This document shows positions 7,565-10,610 of a stretch of 10,610 nt of DNA, piece after piece (the stretch's first letter is position 1; the number at the start of each line of letters is the position of its first letter). Under the pieces are notes generated by a model, which was not told the DNA's origin, did not search any database, and saw nothing but the letters and a program-made list of their open reading frames with translations. The stretch comes from an uncultured Deinococcales bacterium (GTDB taxonomy: Bacteria > Deinococcota > Deinococci > Deinococcales > JAAFIG01), in contig CAXTTL010000169.1 in NCBI GenBank assembly GCA_964247135.1, forward strand, positions 1 through 10,610, written 5' to 3'. A program made the position numbers and the translations under genes.

Positions 7565-7587
7565 TTAAAATTCACTTGACAGGTAAG
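7558..7587. promoter_or_regulatory. Putative operator 1 (CTTACC-N18-GGTAAG)
   Basis: CTTACCATTAAAATTCACTTGACAGGTAAG, an imperfect 30-bp palindrome with the same arms and spacing as operator 2. Confidence 0.75.
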
Positions 7588-7604
7588 AGAATTAATCTTA
7601 CCAT
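7576..7604 (+). promoter_or_regulatory. Sigma70-type promoter of the MFS gene
   Basis: TTGACA (7576-7581), exactly 17 nt, TACCAT (7599-7604). Confidence 0.75.
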
Positions 7605-7626
7605 TGAAATATATTTCAATGGTAAG
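7597..7626. promoter_or_regulatory. Putative operator 2 (perfect 30-bp palindrome)
   Basis: CTTACCATTGAAATATATTTCAATGGTAAG equals its own reverse complement; it covers the MFS -10 box and expected transcription start. Confidence 0.8.
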
Positions 7627-7637
7627 GAAGTACTGTG

Positions 7638-8858
7638 ATGTCAACACCAACCGCAGCCACACCAAAACGCAATCTCAACCTGAAATGGCTAACGACTGGA
7701 AATGGATTCTCGCAACTTGGCGATGGGTTATACCAATTCACCCTGCCAATCGTTGCGGTCTCAATGACACGCGATCCAAATTTGATTGCAGGTTTGAATG
7801 TGATGTTGAGTTTGCCGTGGCTGATCTTTGCACTGCTTGCGGGGCGAATCGTGGATCACTCTGACCGACGCCGTTTAATGATTGCAGTCAACATCGCTCG
7901 CGCAATTGTTTTGCTGGGTCTAACCTTGGGTTTGTACTTTCATTTTGTTTCAATACTGCTCTTGTACGCTGTTGCCGTGCTGCTTGGTATTGGAGAAACT
8001 CTTGTTGATACTGCGCTTACCAGCATCATTCCAAGCCTCACCTCGAGTCATGAACGAAGCGTCGCCAACGCCCGAATTGAGGCTGGAATCAACATCTTCA
8101 ATCAATTTGTTGCACCACCACTGGCAGGTATCCTGACGGCAATCAGTATCATGCTCTCCTGCGGCATCAGTACAATTTTGTACGCGTTCAGCACCATCAG
8201 CTTAAAAAAAATTCGAGGACAATTTAAACCTCCAGTCTCGAGTGTCCGCCCGTTCTGGACGGAATTTCTGGTTGGATTGCATTTTTTGTGGCGGCAACCC
8301 CTGCTACGCATTCTGACCCTATTGACTGCCGCCATGAACTTGTGCTGGTCGTTCTGGAGTGCGGTCTTGGTGTTGTTTGTCATCAAACCTGGGACTCTGG
8401 GACTCGGTACTTTTGAGTACAGTTTGCTGCTCACCGCAATGGCACTTGGTGGCACGCTGGGCGCAAATATATGCACCACCCTCGAGCGTTATTTTGGAAG
8501 GCGCCCAGTTCTAATGCTTGATTTGCTTGGCACTGTCATTTTGGTGGTTGCTCCTGCCATTACCACAAATCCATTTTTGATTGGCACATCCATGTTTGTG
8601 GGCGGTCTTGGCTCGAGCTTATGGCGAATCGTTGTTGCCACAATCCGCCAACAACTTGTCCCAGACGAATTGCTTGGACGTGTATACACCGCCAACCGTT
8701 TTATCACCTGGGGGATTAGTCCGATTGGGGCTTTTCTGGCAGGTGGTATTGGCTCGAGATTTGGAGTGCAATTGGTCTTCGCCATTGGTGGAATACTTGG
8801 TGGGATGGTGCTTTTGTGGTTTATTCTTGTGTCAAAAAACCTGAATTTCGAAGCGTAA
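7638..8858 (+). CDS. MFS transporter (DHA3 / macrolide-efflux-like, EntS/MefA-type)
   Basis: About 12 hydrophobic segments. FSQLGDGL...TLP, LPWLIFALLAGRIVDHSDRRRLM (MFS motif A), TIRQQLVPDELLGRV, PIGAFLAG. SD AAGGAAG at 7624-7630 favours ATG 7638 over GTG 7635. Confidence 0.93.
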   Translation: MSTPTAATPKRNLNLKWLTTGNGFSQLGDGLYQFTLPIVAVSMTRDPNLIAGLNVMLSLPWLIFALLAGRIVDHSDRRRLMIAVNIARAIVLLGLTLGLYFHFVSILLLYAVAVLLGIGETLVDTALTSIIPSLTSSHERSVANARIEAGINIFNQFVAPPLAGILTAISIMLSCGISTILYAFSTISLKKIRGQFKPPVSSVRPFWTEFLVGLHFLWRQPLLRILTLLTAAMNLCWSFWSAVLVLFVIKPGTLGLGTFEYSLLLTAMALGGTLGANICTTLERYFGRRPVLMLDLLGTVILVVAPAITTNPFLIGTSMFVGGLGSSLWRIVVATIRQQLVPDELLGRVYTANRFITWGISPIGAFLAGGIGSRFGVQLVFAIGGILGGMVLLWFILVSKNLNFEA

Positions 8859-8933
8859 CGCGAAAAAATTAACAAAGATACAAGCACATTGTCTTTACGA
8901 GCCATCGTCACGTTCGTCCCGCCCTCGGCGCGT

Positions 8934-8939
8934 TAGACT
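8934..8939 (+). promoter_or_regulatory. -10 box, leaderless start of the ABC permease gene
   Basis: TAGACT-CGAGCC-ATG(8946), no SD. Confidence 0.65.
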
Positions 8940-8945
8940 CGAGCC

Positions 8946-10118
8946 ATGAATTTCGCAGACTTATTTGTTCTCGCGCAACGCGGTTTGCTGCGCCGTCCGG
9001 TCAGGACGCTTCTGACCGTGCTGGGTATTGTTGTGGCGGTGGCGTCGATGGTCATCTTCCTCAGTTTGGGCGAAGGATTCAGACGCGCTTTGGGCGCCGA
9101 GATCAGCAACGTCGGACCGGATTTGCAAGTCACCCTGGCGGGCAACGAAGGCTCGAGCGTCTTTGGCAGCCCAATTCCCGACGTGCCGCTCGAGAATGCC
9201 AAACGCTTTGAAGATGTCGCTCAGGAACTCGGTATCAAACAAGTCATTCCGTACATTCTGACGGCTCGAGGCAGTTTTTCGGGGCAGGGTTATCTGATTG
9301 CGGGGTATCCGTTTGAACGCGTGCCGCTGGGCGACATTTACCCAAATCTCAAATTGCTCGAGGGCAAGATGTTCACGCCCCAAGACGCGTTCTCGAACAT
9401 TGCGGTGGTCGGTTCGACGGCAGCCAAAAATGCCAGTTTAAAACTGGGCAGTGTCTTGCGCTTAAACCGTGACGTCAGTTTTAAAGTGGTTGGGATTTTG
9501 CAAAAAGGTGATGGTTTTACCGATTCCTTTATTTTTGTTCCGTTCGGGGCACTGGCAAAAGGCATCGGCATTGCCAACCGAGCCACAGGCATAGCCATCA
9601 AACTGAACGATGCCGGAGATTCGCGCAAAGTCGCCAATGCGATCAACAAAAGATTCCCAGATTTGAGCGCCAAAACCCAAGGTGATGTCTTGAGCATTCT
9701 GGACAAAGCCATCGCCATCGGCGACGCGTTTCGCTTCGGCATCAGCTTAATTTCCCTGATCGTCGGCGGTCTTGCCGTGGCGAACACCGTCATGATGGGC
9801 GTCTACGAGCGAACCCGAGAGTTTGGGGTAATTCGGGCGATAGGCGCAAAACCCAGTTTTGTCTTCAGCCTGGTCGTGCTCGAGAGTATGCTGCTGGCTT
9901 TGATCGGCGGCGCTGGTGGCGTGTTGGTCGGTTACTTGGGTTCGTTCGTGGTGAATTTTGCCGTGCGCGATCTGGTCAGCGTGTCCATCGCCGCCGTGAC
10001 CCCAAGGTTGATTTTGTTGGCGGTCGGCGTGGCGGCGGTGCTCGGCTTGTTCGCGGGTTTACTGCCCGCAAGGACTGCGAGCAAGCTCGTCATCACCCAA
10101 GCCCTGGGAAGGAATTAA
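8946..10118 (+). CDS. ABC transporter permease, MacB/FtsX family
   Basis: 390 aa. RRPVRTLLTVLGIVVAVAS (TM1), a large extracytoplasmic domain, then ISLIVGGLAVANTVMMGVYERTREFGVIRAIGA and GLFAGLLPARTASKL (FtsX domain). Confidence 0.95.
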   Translation: MNFADLFVLAQRGLLRRPVRTLLTVLGIVVAVASMVIFLSLGEGFRRALGAEISNVGPDLQVTLAGNEGSSVFGSPIPDVPLENAKRFEDVAQELGIKQVIPYILTARGSFSGQGYLIAGYPFERVPLGDIYPNLKLLEGKMFTPQDAFSNIAVVGSTAAKNASLKLGSVLRLNRDVSFKVVGILQKGDGFTDSFIFVPFGALAKGIGIANRATGIAIKLNDAGDSRKVANAINKRFPDLSAKTQGDVLSILDKAIAIGDAFRFGISLISLIVGGLAVANTVMMGVYERTREFGVIRAIGAKPSFVFSLVVLESMLLALIGGAGGVLVGYLGSFVVNFAVRDLVSVSIAAVTPRLILLAVGVAAVLGLFAGLLPARTASKLVITQALGRN

Positions 10119-10124
10119 GCACCT

Positions 10125-10610
10125 GTGAGCACGATTTTACAAGCCAGCGACATCTCCAAAGTCTACCCCAGCGGCGAGGACACCGTGACCGCCCTCAACC
10201 ACCTGTCGCTCGAGTTTGCTGCGGGTCGAATCACCGCCATCGTCGGTCCAAGCGGGTCTGGCAAAAGCACGCTCTTAAATTTGCTGGCGGGTTTTGATGT
10301 TCCCTCGAGCGGCTTTGTCACCCACAACGGCAACAGCATCACCGCCATGCCAGAAACCACACTTGCCAGTTACCGACTGGCGCATTTTGGATTTATTTTT
10401 CAGAATTACAACCTCATCAGCATTTTAAACGCTCAGGAAAACGTCGAACTACCGCTCTCTCTGGCGAACGTGCCAAGGCTCGAGCGCACCAAACGCGCCA
10501 AAGAATTGCTATCTCGAGTTGGGCTGGGCAAACGCAGCACCCACCGTCCAAATCAACTTTCTGGCGGCGAACAACAACGCGTCGCCATCGCCAGGGCGCT
10601 TGCGACCAAT
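10125..10610 (+). CDS. ABC transporter ATP-binding protein, LolD/MacB-like (partial, runs off the window)
   Basis: Not in the ORF track. GTG start 6 nt after the permease stop: [31 protein letters not shown]...[18 protein letters not shown]...[10 protein letters not shown]...[16 protein letters not shown]. Confidence 0.95.
   Translation, partial: MSTILQASDISKVYPSGEDTVTALNHLSLEFAAGRITAIVGPSGSGKSTLLNLLAGFDVPSSGFVTHNGNSITAMPETTLASYRLAHFGFIFQNYNLISILNAQENVELPLSLANVPRLERTKRAKELLSRVGLGKRSTHRPNQLSGGEQQRVAIARALATN

Larger units (their letters stand above)
16..10518. repeat. Highly iterated palindrome CTCGAG dispersed across the window
   Basis: About 72 copies by manual count (e.g. 16, 42, 99, 173, 409, 458, 547 ... 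10479, 10513). Roughly 2.6 are expected for a random hexamer in 10.6 kb. Confidence 0.95.

Noticed and set aside
7597-7626. Perfect palindrome as an intrinsic terminator or IS end
   Set aside because: It lies between divergent starts, has no U-tract or nearby transposase, and has a second copy with the same arm spacing, which fits an operator.
8859-8930. Terminator after the MFS gene
   Set aside because: Only a weak, bulged AT-rich stem (AAAGATACAA...TTGTCTTT) is present; not enough to call.
209-10360. Many short alternative ORFs (e.g. 5352-5984, 5452-5928, 6009-6464, 8489-8911, 9338-9793, 2778-2990)
   Set aside because: They are antisense or off-frame shadows of well-supported genes, with no recognisable motifs or start signals.
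16-10518. CTCGAG copies as a CRISPR array, REP elements or XhoI cloning scars
   Set aside because: Spacing is irregular, flanks are not conserved, and the sites sit inside intact reading frames.

Overview
Bacterial chromosomal window, probably Deinococcota (inferred from several leaderless TANNNT-N6-ATG starts and a very strong excess of the palindrome CTCGAG, about 72 copies by manual count). Left half, minus strand: a type I restriction-modification locus, hsdM (2996-5176) and hsdS (1407-2702), translationally coupled to a PtuA/Septu-like ABC-type ATPase (4-1410). A further coupled gene starts at the window edge (ATG at 7), where an HNH/PtuB partner is expected. hsdR is not in the window. 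A small acidic, antitoxin-like gene with its own promoter sits in the opposite orientation between hsdM and hsdS. Right half: an EamA/DMT transporter, a YbaK/EbsC protein, a decayed ybjQ-like pseudogene, a divergent CGNR-zinc-finger regulator / MFS transporter pair with two 30-bp CTTACC-N18-GGTAAG palindromes covering both promoters, and a MacB/FtsX-type ABC permease plus a partial ATPase. Family assignments come from motif recognition, not database searches.
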